From: Amphiscolops sp. MND2022
Taxonomy: Eukaryota
Assembly (NCBI GenBank): GCA_964187785.1
Contig: OZ076409.1
Span: 37,140,001-37,204,000, forward strand
Length of the DNA stretch: 64,000 nucleotides
Reading direction: 5' to 3'
Under the pieces are notes generated by a model. That model was not told the origin of the DNA, searched no databases, and was given only the letters and a program-made list of their open reading frames with translations. The position numbers were made by a program, and so were the translations under genes. This document shows, one piece after another, positions 1-12,776 of this stretch. Each line of letters starts with the position of its first letter. Positions within the stretch are counted from its first letter, which is position 1.

Positions 1-210
1 ATCTCAGACAGTCAGTAATTCTATATTCCGCCGGATTTCGGATCGTATTCGAATGATGATGTCAACCGTCAACAGGCAAGTGACCAAATGTTGTTCACAA
101 GACGACTTCTATCCAAGCATGATATCATTCTGATTATGTTCAATTGCACTCTCTGTGGACATAGAGTTTCGTCATGTTGCTCTGGACAGGTCTTCTGTCT
201 GATGATCAGA

Positions 211-328
211 CGAGGACTTCCATTAACATTTTTTCTGTTGCATTTATTCAATACTTCCGAATGAAACGTACGTTTCATTTGGAAGTATTGAATACATCCA
301 ACAGAAGAAATGTTAATGGAAGTCCTTG
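211..328. repeat. 118-bp spacerless palindrome
   Basis: Arms 211-269 and 270-328 are centred on AAACGT|ACGTTT, with 5 mismatches in 59 bp. Confidence 0.92.
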
Positions 329-330
329 TA

Positions 331-527
331 GTCGACAAGAAGTGAATGCTTCTAATTGTAGGTAATTTCGTGAGTGCTACATCTGGCACGTGAGTGCTAC
401 CTCTAACACGTGTTACCTATGGCATTGTTTCCTCAGTATTTCCACAGCATGTTTTAAAGAGATTGTGATATTTTGATAAGCACTCACGAAATTACCTACA
501 ATTAGAAGCATTCACTTTTTGTCGATG
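331..527. repeat. Inverted repeat, arms about 48 bp, spacer about 100 bp
   Basis: AAGTGAATGCTTCTAATTGTAGGTAATTTCGTGAGTGCT (about 340-378) is the reverse complement of about 479-517. Confidence 0.9.
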
Positions 528-3500
528 ACTTGTCGACACCGCATGACACATTTGAAAGCAAAAACGTTAGAATTTGGATTCCCACTTCGTAAATAGTATC
601 AAGCGCTGCAGAGTTGATTGAAGAACTACATAGAATCTGCTTTGAAACGTATTTTTTGGCAGTCAGTTTGTTTCCAAAAAGAATTTGTCAGTCCTTGGTA
701 GAATATTGGATCCGATGAGTTGACCATCTCCAACTATCCACTGTAGCAAAATTGGCTCTTTAATTAACAAAAAATGATGAAGTTCCAGAAGACATTCACA
801 AACAGATAACCTAAATGTACGACGAACTTTGCTCCAGACGCAGCTGCCATTCCCCAAGGTGCCTACTGCTCTGATCTAGATCACTTCAGTATATGCTCTT
901 TCGGATGTGTCTTTCGGAAATTGTGAACTCGGAAACCAATGGTTCTTTTCTACAAGATTGTCAGTGGAATTTGTGAGCGTACAATTAAGTAATGTTGACC
1001 ATTAGCCCCTTTAGAAATCACACGTGTGAGATTTTCATGTCATATCCAGGCAGATTCTTTTCGATGTGCTCTCCATAGAACGTGCATTAGTCATTGCCAG
1101 TCGCTGAATCTCTTCTCTTATATCCAGGAAATCATCAAGAGAAAAATTAGAAAAATGTACCAACCCACAACAACCGCACCGACCTAGCATCAAAAGGACG
1201 TTCTGTGTGAAAAATTCGTTCAAGGCAAATTTAGAGCTGAGACATGCCATTCAAGTACCAGCCAAGCAGAAACGACTGCAAAAAGAGACATGCGAACACC
1301 GCATGGGCCAACAACACGTGAAATCGAGAACATGTATGAGTCAGACCACGGTAGTGCGTGAGTACGTCTTGTTTTTTTTGTTAAAAAAGAAGAATCAATG
1401 TACTTTTTACTACCTACAGTGCCAACTACCCGGAGAACGTGTACAGTGTAAATGATCCAAATTAGTGCCCTTTGTAGCCCCCAGCTTTCGGACTGGGAGG
1501 ACGTATGTCAATTTCTGTCGTATTTGATGTTAGTTATTATTGTTATTATTGCTGCGTATTTGTCAATATTATTGTGCATGCTCGAGAAACGTTAACCATT
1601 CGAGAAACGTGACATTCAATGGTGGGGACGTTCACCCATCGGAGGTAAAATGGGCTGGTACCTTAAGACTGTCAGTCCCGGACAATAGGTAATCGTACTA
1701 GCTCCTTCAAATGTCGACGAACAAAGCGAGAATCGCTTGTCGCTACAGAACAGCACTTGAGACAACTTTTTGGCTAGCAAGTTTTAGGGTTTGAAGAACT
1801 GCTGACACTCACACATCATAACTAAGACAATCTCAACTTTTGACGACTACACAATTCTTAATTGGAGATACCTTTATAGCAATATCAAAAACATTTTCGA
1901 ATTTTCTCCAATTGAGAGATTCAAGCTGCCGCAGCATCAAGAAGGGGTTTTAAAAGTCTCACAGTGCTTCAAATTTACTTGAATGGCTCTAAAAGTCAAA
2001 ACTACAATTTCTACCGTTAAACGACGCATATTGAAGTATATGAAACTTCGTTTAGAAGCTCCCACCATTTCGTTGCCGTCTACGGGTTATTAAATACTCC
2101 CTACAGTTAAAGTTACTAACCATGTACAAACTACGTCGAAATTTGACCACTTCTAGAAAGTCAAAATTGTCTCTTTTTGACATGTCTCGCTGTTGGACGA
2201 TGTTTGCTCCAATTTGTCACAAATTACCGGTAGTTTTCCCTTTGACAAGTAATACCAATTCAACAGAGCTCACGCTTGAAAAAGCCTTTGGAACCTATAT
2301 TCAGTTCAATCAGAAATTAACTTATTTTGATGATTTTTTGGAGTATATAATTTTTTCTTCAGTAGATCGCATTATAAAACCTGTAAAACAACTCACTTTC
2401 ATTGTCGTCGGGAAATCCTCTAGATTGCCATCAGATATATGTGGTCTTTCTCAACCACCATCTTCTTGCAGTTGTATCACACTGCTCAAAGACGCAGGCC
2501 GATCCAGAGAAAGTTCGTGAGAAGATGTTGAAACCTACTGTGAACCCACGCTCCATAAGCGTCCAAAACATCAACTTCGCAGCCTTAGCACAAAACTGAT
2601 GAACTTTGACAACTTCGCTGTAACTCTTGTCCAAGTCCTTGCTTACCGACGGTGGAAGACATGTTTTCTCCCTGGTTAAAAATGTAGAGGAAACATTCTA
2701 TCTCCACAACATGAAAGTTTCTATACCTGAACTCTTCCTTCCACAGAAATCGTGTTATTAGCTGCCACTAAGCTTATTGAGGTGAAGTTAAGAAGTTTAT
2801 GGCAGAAACTAATGGAGGAAAACAAAATTTATTGATGACGTTTATTATTACAGATGCTTTTGGATCCTAAAAGAAACAAAATTGCGGACCAGCGAGTGAA
2901 GGGCTGTTTCCTCAAGTTTTTTGTTACTTTCAAACGTTGGCGAGTTTTTACAGAAATTATTGAACCCAGTTTTTGATGGATTTTTATTCAGTCCATGTCA
3001 ATTGGGAACTCCTAGAAAGATCGCCATCTTTTCAAAAAGATGTTTCGCAAAAAAGAAAACAAACAAGACAGGAACAGCATAAATCGGCACCCTGCTTGAA
3101 GCTCAAAAAAGCAAAACGCTTCCTTGCGTCAATTCTCAATTTTACTGGTCCAAAAGCCCAATAGGAATCTTTTTGGGCCAAAAAGGCTTTTTTTCTTTTA
3201 TTCTCACCTAAGCATTTCAGCTTCTTTCCCCTTCAGAAACATCAATTCTTTCGGAAATAGCGTCAAAATGTTTTCAATTTTGGAATGAAACGAAACATCG
3301 AAACAGATAATGTGAAAGGCCATTTACTTCGGATATAATGTCAAACATTCAAACATAGGGCAATCTTTTTGAACCTCGGCCTCCTCCTACGAAAAACGCA
3401 ATTTATTCAGCGAGGTCATACATAGAACTCGGACAACGGAGTTTCTTAGAAAAACCAAAATTTTCTGAAATGAACGTTTTTTTAAAAGAAATTCTTGGGT

Positions 3501-4204
3501 CGAACTGGGTCGAACAGTCCCAAAAAACTGTAAGGGTGGCCTATATACTCGCAGAACACTTTGTTCCTGCGGAAAATCTACGATGTGTTCGGTTCAAAAA
3601 ATCACATAGTGCCGAAACAACTCAAAGGTGAGATTCTCTGATCTCTCTTCAGAAAAATGGTTTACTGCGGGACTCGAATCCAAGTACACGCAGGGGAACA
3701 CATTTACCTTGTACGAAAACTATAATTAACCTAAAAGATGGTGAGAATCTACACGGAAAGTGAACTTGCCCGGCTTTCATGACCAGGCCGATCATAATCT
3801 GACCATATTATGGCAAAATACAAATCATACAATTTTCTGTATAATGATCTTGCCATGGTCGGTCTGAAATCATAGATGGTCCAGAGTATGGACAGCCTGA
3901 AAACATATATGATCCAGAGTATGGACAGCCTGAAATCATAAATGATAAATGGTCCAGAGTATGGACAACCTGAAATCATAAAAACCTAAAAGTTCAATTA
4001 CAATCAGATAAATGTCGGACATGGCAACCACTTGTGCATACTTAGCCGAGGGCCTTATGCTGTATTTTTAGGGAGGCGCTCAGCTCGTGAGTTACATAGT
4101 ATCGCACTTGACGAGACCCACGACAAGAACGTGGCCTCCTTCAGGTCTCAAAAAATTAAAGCACAATAAGCTCCATTAGTTTGGAACTGCAGTGAAAAGT
4201 TTGG

Positions 4205-4676
4205 CACTGCAGTGAAACCTTAAGTCAAATTTAGAGACGTTTACCAGTATCATGGTAGATGATGCAATTGAATGACTCTAAAATCTATTTTCTTATAGCC
4301 AAAAAACTTTTTTAAACTGCAGGTCATATGGTCATACATTGACAACGATACTTTTGAGAAAATGAAAGCTCCTGGTTATCTTATATTGCAATGAAATCTT
4401 AAATCGAATTTAAATATCTTCACCAGTAGGATGGTAGTTGATGTAACTGAATCACTCTATAATCTATTTTATCATGGCCGAAAAACTCTTTTTCAAACTG
4501 CAGGTCATGTCAAAAATTGACAACGATAGAGTTGAAAAATGAAAACTCCACGTTTTTTTACACTGCAGTGAAATTTTATATCAAATTTGGAGAAGTTTAC
4601 CAGTATGAAGGTAGTTGACGCAATTGAATTCCTCTAAAACCTGTTTTCTTATCATGAAAAGTTTATTATGAAACTG
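4205..4676. repeat. Diverged tandem repeat, unit about 178 bp, about 2.6 copies
   Basis: Units start near 4205, 4384 and 4561 (CACTGCAGTGAAA..TTACCAGTA..GGTAGTTGA..AAACTGCAGGTCAT). Confidence 0.85.
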
Positions 4677-5682
4677 AATTAAATTGCAAAGTAGCCTTTT
4701 ATTTATTATTTATGCAAAGTAACAGATTTATCCTTTTTTCTTAGCATTTCCCTAAGTTTTGAATTGTCTCGGGGAAAGGAAAAAGTTCCAAATATTGGTT
4801 CAGGCCGATCATAGTCTGAACCATATATGGCCCAGAATAGTGTCTGCCTGGAACCATAAACATTTATAGTCCAGAGTATGATCAGCTTGGAATCATACTG
4901 TGAGTATGATGGCAGAGTATGATTTACCTGTTTGTGTATGGGAGGGAAAACCGGGCGAAGTTGTAGAAGTTAAGGCAGAAACTGGGCAGGAAAAGAAAAA
5001 AATCCTCAACTCAAGCTAGAATTTTTAAAGTCTTCCGAAAGCAAAAAATAATAAGCTCAAAATGCTGCATTCATCATATGGTATCTTTAAATTCTTTGAC
5101 AAAAACGTCCGGCGGCACCTTTTGGAGCATGTGTTCTTGAAGATGCATTTCGCAAACCTGACTTCTGTTCAGGAGAAAGCTTCGTTAGACAAAACTTTCA
5201 TTTGATTTCGAAGACCTTAGAGATGTTATTTATTGATGTTATTTAAAATGGTTAATTGTCTGGCGAATTCCTGAGTGTCTTGGAATTTTAGAGGACTTTC
5301 GGCCTTTAGCAAAGAAGGTGTTGATGGGGAAGGTTAAAGGGTAAGTTTCTTAGAAACACTCCTTTTTACATATTTAGAGGTTTTGAATGTATCTCTTATT
5401 TATCGAGTATTTAGTGTTGATGAAACATGTTTCGTGAAAACACAACTGAGGAGTTTCTGAAAGTTATCACTGTTTCGGCAGTTCAATAAATTCTAATTTT
5501 AATCGAATAATAGCCTGTCTCGGAGAAAACTCTTGATTGGGATATTCAAAGCTTCTCATGCAATGTTGACCTGTAAACAAAACAGTAAGAAATACTTTTC
5601 TTCAACAGGTTCGGCCGTTGATAAAGACGATTTTGAATGTTTATTCGAGAGTCCGCAATGCTTGAACACTCGACATGAGCAG

Positions 5683-7062
5683 TTTTAGTCGGCGCATTTT
5701 TTAAAAAACATTTCGAGAACGTCTAAAGTCGGCGCCATATCTAAGGCTCAAAAAGCGCAAAACATTTTTTTTGGAAAAAAAAGTCGCACAGTGCTGAAAA
5801 AAAATCCAAAGGGGGACACTTTAGGCACTTAGGCACGTCCGGTTTTGTAGGTTTCCTTGAAAAAGTGAAAAAATGAAAGGTGGACCCTTTGGACTAAGTC
5901 TCCCTTGGCCGGACTTGGCCTCAGGTGGTTTCAGGATTGTTTCTAAAAAGTGGACCGATCAGTGTGAGGATTGTACTCTGAAGAAAAAACAAGACGGGCA
6001 CGTCTAAAGTCGCCGCTATATCTAACGCTCAAAAAGCGCAAAATTTTTTTTTAAATTTTTTGAGTATTTCTTCTTTCAGAAAATGTCGCATAGTGCCGAA
6101 AAATGTAAAAGGGGGACCTTTTGGGCTTTATTAACATATATTCTGTTGCAAAATATCAAAAAACTCGAAAGGGGGACTCTTTTGATACATTAAAAAAATT
6201 TTGGAAAAAAAGTTGCACAATGCCGAAAAAAATTGGAAGGGGGGACCCTTTAGTCTTTTCCGGTTTTGTAGGCTACGGTAAAATAGTAAAATATGAAAGG
6301 GGGAACAATTTTGCACTATTTTCCGCTGACCGGACTTGGCCTTATGCTAGTAGTTTTAGTAGTTTCGATTGTAAGAAAAGTGACCCAATCAGAGTGAGAT
6401 TGTAGTCTGACGAAAAAAAGAAAAAAAACTAGCCATTGTAAGTGTCGGGCACTTTTCACTAGAAACGCGCCGACTAAAAAACAGTCACTGCTATAGTCGG
6501 GCATCTTTCCCTTAATGGAAAAGCGCCGACTAAAAAACAGTAACTGCTATAGTCGGGGATTTTTCCCTTAATGGAAAAGCGCCGACTAAAAACTGGTACC
6601 GACCAATACAGTAACTTGTTTTTAGTCGACGCTTTTAGTGAAAGCGCAGACTATAGCAGTGACACTTCTTTTTTTGACCAACGAAGTGACAGATTTTATA
6701 AGCTTTATAAGCTGCCGTCCACTAACACTAACTACCACACTAAACCGCTACTTCTACTGACACTTGGCATTGAAGTTATTTAGGATTTTCTGAGGTCTGG
6801 GTTCGAATTTTTTTGTGCATGTTACTTCGGCTTTGTGAGACTTTTTTCAACAGAATGAATGTTCAAAAAATCCCAAAGGGTCCCCCTTTCATATTTTTTG
6901 GCACTATGCGACTTACGGGAAACTTCAAAAAAAGTTCAAAAAATTTTTGGAAAACTTTTTCTTCATTCGGGTACTGTATAAAAGAATTCTTGATACCTTG
7001 AAGTCCTTTTGCTATTTTTGAGCCTTAGATATGGCTCGGACTTGGGCCGTTCCCGACTTATT
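5683..7062. mobile_element. Cluster of the same HINE-like family (minus copy 5988-6480, two extra 5' ends to 6590, plus copy about 6619-7062)
   Basis: Repeated GCGCCGACTAAAA ends, AACAAGACGGGCACGTCT hairpin end and GGGGACCCTTT core motifs. Confidence 0.7.
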
Positions 7063-7908
7063 TTTTGTGAGACCAAAGAACATATCCGAAAAGTCAACCT
7101 TTCAGCAGAACTTTTGTTCACGCTGCCGGTTTGTTCACGCAACCAGTAAGCGCTTCCGAAGCAGACGGCCATCGGTTCGATGTCTTCCTAGGAATAAATA
7201 TATTTGTCTACAAACCCTTGTTTACAAACCTCTTTGGGTTTTTTGGCACTTCGAAAACGAAAGCAAAATTCTTCATGAGAGTGTCCTTTTCAGTTTTTCT
7301 CATGTTCCAATATATAGGAAGTCATTGTTCATGTCTAAAAGGTCCAATCTTTGGTGTACAAAGTTTGATATTTGTTCCATCAATTTGGGTATTTTCTATA
7401 TTTTCATTCAAAGAGAAGCGTTGTTTGAGGCCGCAGGTTGCCTTTTTGGGTATTTTTGTCACTCTGAATGTTAAAAAAATTCCCGAGAGCCACTCTGTAC
7501 ATTTTATTGGGAGTTTGAGCCTTGAGCGGGGCGCCAACTTTAGACGTTCCCGTTTTAATATTACGTTACGAGCCCACTCCAACATTGCCAAATCCTGAAA
7601 ATGTATGTTATAAACCTTGAAGCGGTTCCAACAAAAAACATTTCCTAGAACGAAAGGCTTAATTAGAAAAATTGAAAAATAAAAGAATAATAGCCATAGT
7701 CATTCTATGTTACAAGAATCACAAATCATGCCAAATTCTTCCAAAATTCTTGCAAACTTTGCATTTCTTACATTGGATTTACGTCTGAAATTTCATGTTT
7801 TGACATAGAATAACGTCTAACTTCCCTAGTTTTTCGGGATAACGTCTAAAATCACTTTTTGGGAGTAACGTCTATATTTGCCGTGTTTCGTCTTTATTGA
7901 GTCTTAAG

Positions 7909-8495
7909 CTTTGGTGGACCTGCTGGTTTCGACTGTACCTCAGTTTGCCCCACAAAACTCAAAAAAATTGTTTCCAAAAATAGACGTGTTTTCTGAAGTT
8001 TATCAAAACTGATCAAACATTCATTATAGTATTTTCTTTGAATTCTATTTTGGTGAAGCTGATGGTTTCGACTGTTCCTCGGTTTGCCCCAAAAAACTCA
8101 AGAAAGAAATATTTGCCGGAGTGACATATTTTTTTGATGGATCTCAAAACAGATCAAACATTCATTATAGTGTTTCCTTTGTATTTCAACTTTTTTCGGG
8201 TGCTTCGCAAAAGGTTTTGCTCTTTGGTGGACCTACTGGATTCCTCTGTTCCTCATTTTCACCAACTAGCCTAAATAAAAATGTTTGCCGAAAAAATCAC
8301 GTGCTTTTTTATGTATCTCAAAACACATCAAACATTCATTGTAGTGTTTCCTTTGAATTCCATCTTTTGTAAGGTGCCGTCCTAAAAGTTTTGCTCTATG
8401 GTGGACGGGCTGGTCTTGACGTCTCGTCAGTTTGCCAAGTGGAGTCCAAAAATGAATTGTTTCCCGACGAATTGACACGTTTTTTGAAAGATTTC
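7909..8495. repeat. Diverged tandem repeat, unit about 140-175 bp, about 3.5 copies
   Basis: TTGGTGGACC..GGTTTCGACTGT..ATCAAACATTCATT recurs near 7909, 8050, 8222 and 8396. Confidence 0.8.
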
Positions 8496-9692
8496 CGACA
8501 TCGATGTTTTTCTGACTCAAATTTTCTTTATGAGTATATGTTTAAAATTTTTGATTTAAATGTGAAATATTGTGCTTGATGTATTTGAAATTTTCTGTTG
8601 TTACAGCTGTCTTAGATCGTGATTTCAGAGAGAAAAGGTTTCTTGGTGAACTCGAGACTAGGGAATTTGAAGTGAAAAAGATCTCTAATATCCAAAGTTT
8701 CCTTCAATCAACTATCTAGAATCTGCAAACTATTTCAATGATTTAAGATCTGGATGCTCTTGATGTAGGTTTCCGAGAAAGAAGAGTCGTTCATCTAGAA
8801 TACCTTAGCTATACAATGGGCAATTGTATCATTTTTCGCGTTCAAATGGCTTTTTTTGCTTTGGTAGCTGAAATTGGTCAAAAATTTTCTCACTAATTTT
8901 TCACTTGAAGTAGATAAAACATGCTACAACAGAGGGTTCATTGGAAAAGGCCCATCGCTGAAGCTAACAAACCGTGTTCAGCAAGTGAATGAAGTCGCTG
9001 ATTCTTTGATTTGAGTCTCGTTTTCCAACTAAGATTTGAGAGGGGGTACTTCTCAACAAAAGTGTCCGGTGAAAGTTTATCCAGAACTCTGCTAACAAGT
9101 TTTTCCGAATCACAGAATAACTCCTCGATACCCACCCCTTAAAGCTTTGCGGTAGAGTTTGTTCCATCCTTTGAATGTACAGTTTTAGGTTTGCTGTCCA
9201 TGTAGCTATACCCTCGAGTTTGTTTCCTGTAATCCCTCGTTACAGCTTAACACCCGGGTTGACACTCTTGGCTGTATTGCTGACTTAGCTCGAGTCTGTG
9301 GTGAACTTGTGGAACGTTGGGACGATGTTAGTCTGTACTTCGGGACACATCGTTCAACTGCCGTGGCTGAAGTCAAGACTCAACCGAATTTTGAGTCGCA
9401 TGTGTTCGAGGACAGATTGTCGAGGCCACAATTTGCCGTTGTCAGATTTCTTTCAAACATTAGTAAGTTAATACCAAGAATTTTGTTTTTGTTTGTCTTT
9501 TAGTCTTGTAGTTTTTTTCTAGTTTGCGGGGGTAAAGGGATTGCTGGGATTGGGCTCTTTAGTGTATTGGTTATTGTGATCATTGAATTGTCAGGGGAAG
9601 CTAACTTTTTGATTATATATTTTTTGAAGGTTGCGGCTAGTCGTCAATGGTTGTTTGTTTTTTTCTTTTAGTCGTGGAAAAGTGTCCCAGAA

Positions 9693-11060
9693 TGTGTGCG
9701 AACGGACGGGATCGCGATGTCTGTTTTGCTCGTGCGTTCACTGCTTTTGTTCAAGAGTTGCGGTTGCTCGTGGAGCCTTCTGGCAGTGTGCCTGAGTCGT
9801 ACGAGCTATCGGGAATATTAACCGTGCCGACTGCTTGTAGAGGGAGTCCTAGTGAAGAGAAGTTTAGAGCTCTTTTTCGTCAGTACTTCCGGTTCGACAT
9901 AAATTGACAACAGCCTTTCTTCTACCGAGAAGTGCAACAGTTTCTGAGTGGCCTGTGTCTTTCTCTGGCTTGATGAGTCTCGCAGTGAAAATGATGATGT
10001 GTTGGACCTTACGCCTTCTGATCCGGTTTTGGTCTTTCGTGGAAATAAGGATCGACTGATTGATTCGTTACTCGATACTTGTCAAGTTCTGGTGCGCCAC
10101 CATTTTTGTGAGGAGGACTCAAGTGTCACTGTCTTGCTGCAATACAGTGACGTCAGAAGATTTTCTCGAGAAAAGTGACGGAGCCAGTCAAATGATGAGC
10201 CGGTAGTCGAAGACGTTTTCAACATGTGGTTATCGTACCCACATTGGCAGCGGTGCATCAAATCAAAAACTGTTTTACAATTTTGTTTTTCTGGGATACT
10301 ACGCAGCACATACGGGATCGCGTTTTGGGATCAAGAAGGTACTGTGCTTTCGGAAGTGGAGGTTGTATCGAGCCTAAATTTTGTTCGGAGTTGGTTTTCG
10401 CGTGGTGTCTCTGGTCGAACTCTTCAGCTGATCTCAGGAATGCTACGTCCTTGTGAGTCGACTGATTTACAAGTTTCCCGATTGCAAGACGCAGGGCGTT
10501 GTCATCCTTGGGATCAGTTGCTAAAGAAAGGCCTTAGCGAAACTCAGAATGTCTGTGAACTATCATGTTATCCGGTGCGCCAGCGGAAGTTACTATAGTT
10601 CCAGTTGACGAGTATTCTTCAAAAGTGTGTGCGCAGTTAGAGAGTCTGGAGAAGTCTCTTGTTAGTCCGCGATTACCCGGTAAAGGTGCTGGTAGAAATT
10701 CCCGAACGAAATCTCCCAAGGCTTTAGTTATTCGCGAACGACGTGACGCTGATGATGTTACCGTCTCGAGCGAGCAATCGGGACCGACGTTACAGAGTGC
10801 TGTGCTGTGACTATTGCTGCGAAATCCCCTACTGCCTCACATTCCAAGAGTGTGGGTTCCCGGTTTTTGGCGGCAAGGAGAAACCGTGGACGAAGGACCG
10901 GGGGTGTGGCCAAAAAACCTGTATGACGTCGTTATATGGTGGTCGACAGTTCTGACATGAGTTCGGAAGAAGGACCTACGCGTCGGCGAGCTGTCGCAAA
11001 ACCTTCAACTAAAGAGTCGAAGTCAAAGGTGATTGAAAGTGAGAAATCGGATCCTTAGAC
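9693..11060 (+). pseudogene. Decayed ORF of unknown function, antisense to the adjacent gypsy gag-pol
   Basis: A chain of ORF pieces (9647-9907, 9948-10178, 10224-10598, 10565-10810 and beyond). The 9948 and 10224 pieces share a frame separated by one TGA. GC content is raised and coding-like against T-rich flanks. Confidence 0.55.
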
Positions 11061-12776
11061 ATTCCTTATTCGAAGTACTCGTGTGATGTTTTTGGTTTTT
11101 GTTTGATTTATTTTATTTGCTCTTGTGGGCTGTTCCGCATTTATTTGGGACGTGTGTTTAGTTGTTCCCTGATGCTACGTATTGGTAACTGAATTCTTGC
11201 TGGTTAAATCCTCTTTTGTTCACTTTTGTTGACTGCATTGTAGCTGTATTTCGAGTTAGTTAAAGAGTTCTTTCAATTTAGAGATGCTCAACATATTTTT
11301 GCATGTTACATGACGTCTTGCGTTGTCAAAATGTGTACCCTGGATTTGCATGTTTTTTACTTATTCGGTTTCAAAATATTGGAGTTGCAGGCTTAGCTGT
11401 ACTTGTTGTTTCGTAGATGGTAAATTAATTACTTTCGCGACTACCATAGTAATGCTCTCACTCACCAAGCTCCACCTGCTGCTCAGCGTTGTTCATGATG
11501 AGGGCTTACATGTGACAGAGGTTGAAACATGAAGGGTGGCTGGAGCCGCAATGCTCCTACAGATGACGTGGTTTTGCGTCGTTTTTTATACCTTACTGAC
11601 AAGTTTTGTGACGGTTGTTTGTCAATATTTTATCTTGCTGTGGCTGTCAGTCAGTTTTTGGTTTACATGTCTTTTATTGCGTGACGTACTGTTTTATGAC
11701 GTCATCATCGTTGATAAGTGTCTTTCAACGTCATCACTCGTGATGCGTCTCATTGACGTTTTTGACGCTTAGTCGTTACATGTCTTAAGTCATGTTGTTT
11801 GCATTAATACATAAAGTTTTCTGATGACGGACTTTCTGTTTTGTGTTGTGACGACTGTATTTTACTGTCTTCATTTTTTCTTTTATTTCGTTTCTAGGGA
11901 AAGGTTTTTGTCGTCACAAAAACCCATCCAAAACTAACACTGAATCCACTTGCTAAAGAGCAAGCTTCATCTGAATATGCATGACAAACCACACAGACAC
12001 GCTTTTGACAACGGACGCACCAACATAGCCGACACTATGATTCTTGCGGCGGGAGGTTGAGGTTTCGGTTGAACAAGCGTAACCTTATTCAACCAGTTAG
12101 GTCTTGAAAATTTGTCATTTCAAAGTGTTTGGTGGCTTATTTTTGTTGTTTTTTCGTTTAATGAGCGATAGTATTATGTAGGACATTTCCTTTTGAGTGT
12201 GGCTGGTGAATGATATTACGTGAATTGCATAAATTATCAGCGATTTAATTTCCAATTAGATGTTTTTTGTTTTGCGGGAGTTCTTTGACGACTAAAGGTA
12301 CGCTTTGTCATAGTTACCGTTGTTGTGTAATTACTGCGTTGCTTGAGTGCGGCGTTTCTGATCCGTCTATTTCCGCACTGTTGAACGCTAGACGACGGTG
12401 AGTAGCAGTCGTCACGTAGCATTGCGAGTGTTTTTTGTTGAATGTTTGTAGGAATGTTAAATGTCTGAGTTATGTGTTACATGTGTTTTTTAAAAAAAGT
12501 GTAGGACACTCTCATTTTAGTTTCGTGTGCTGGAAATTTCTGTGTTGTACATTTATTTGTTTTTCAAGTGAGTTGCTAGTTTTGTCAGCTACGAGGCGAA
12601 GCTTACCAATTAGCAGGGAAGGACAAAAAGTGTGATTTTTCCGAAAGGTGTTGTAAACGTAGAACGTTTACCTGGTAGTGTCCACTCTTGATTTTTTTGT
12701 TTTAAGGTCTAAGCGTGGGACGCCTATTTGAGAACTTTATATGACTCTTAGTTAGTCCTCGTGTCTTGCATGAATT

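Noticed and set aside
2402..2599. Ubiquitin-specific protease His-box resemblance (LLAVVSH)
   Set aside because: The catalytic GHY motif and a Cys box are missing.
9241..9276. Twister ribozyme (stem followed by TAACAC)
   Set aside because: The remaining twister conserved nucleotides and pseudoknot partners are absent. Kept only as an unexplained motif.
11480..11535. Possible hammerhead ribozyme (TGATGAG...GAAAC)
   Set aside because: The core reads ATGATGA rather than CTGATGA, stem II is mostly wobble pairs, and stems I and III cannot form properly.
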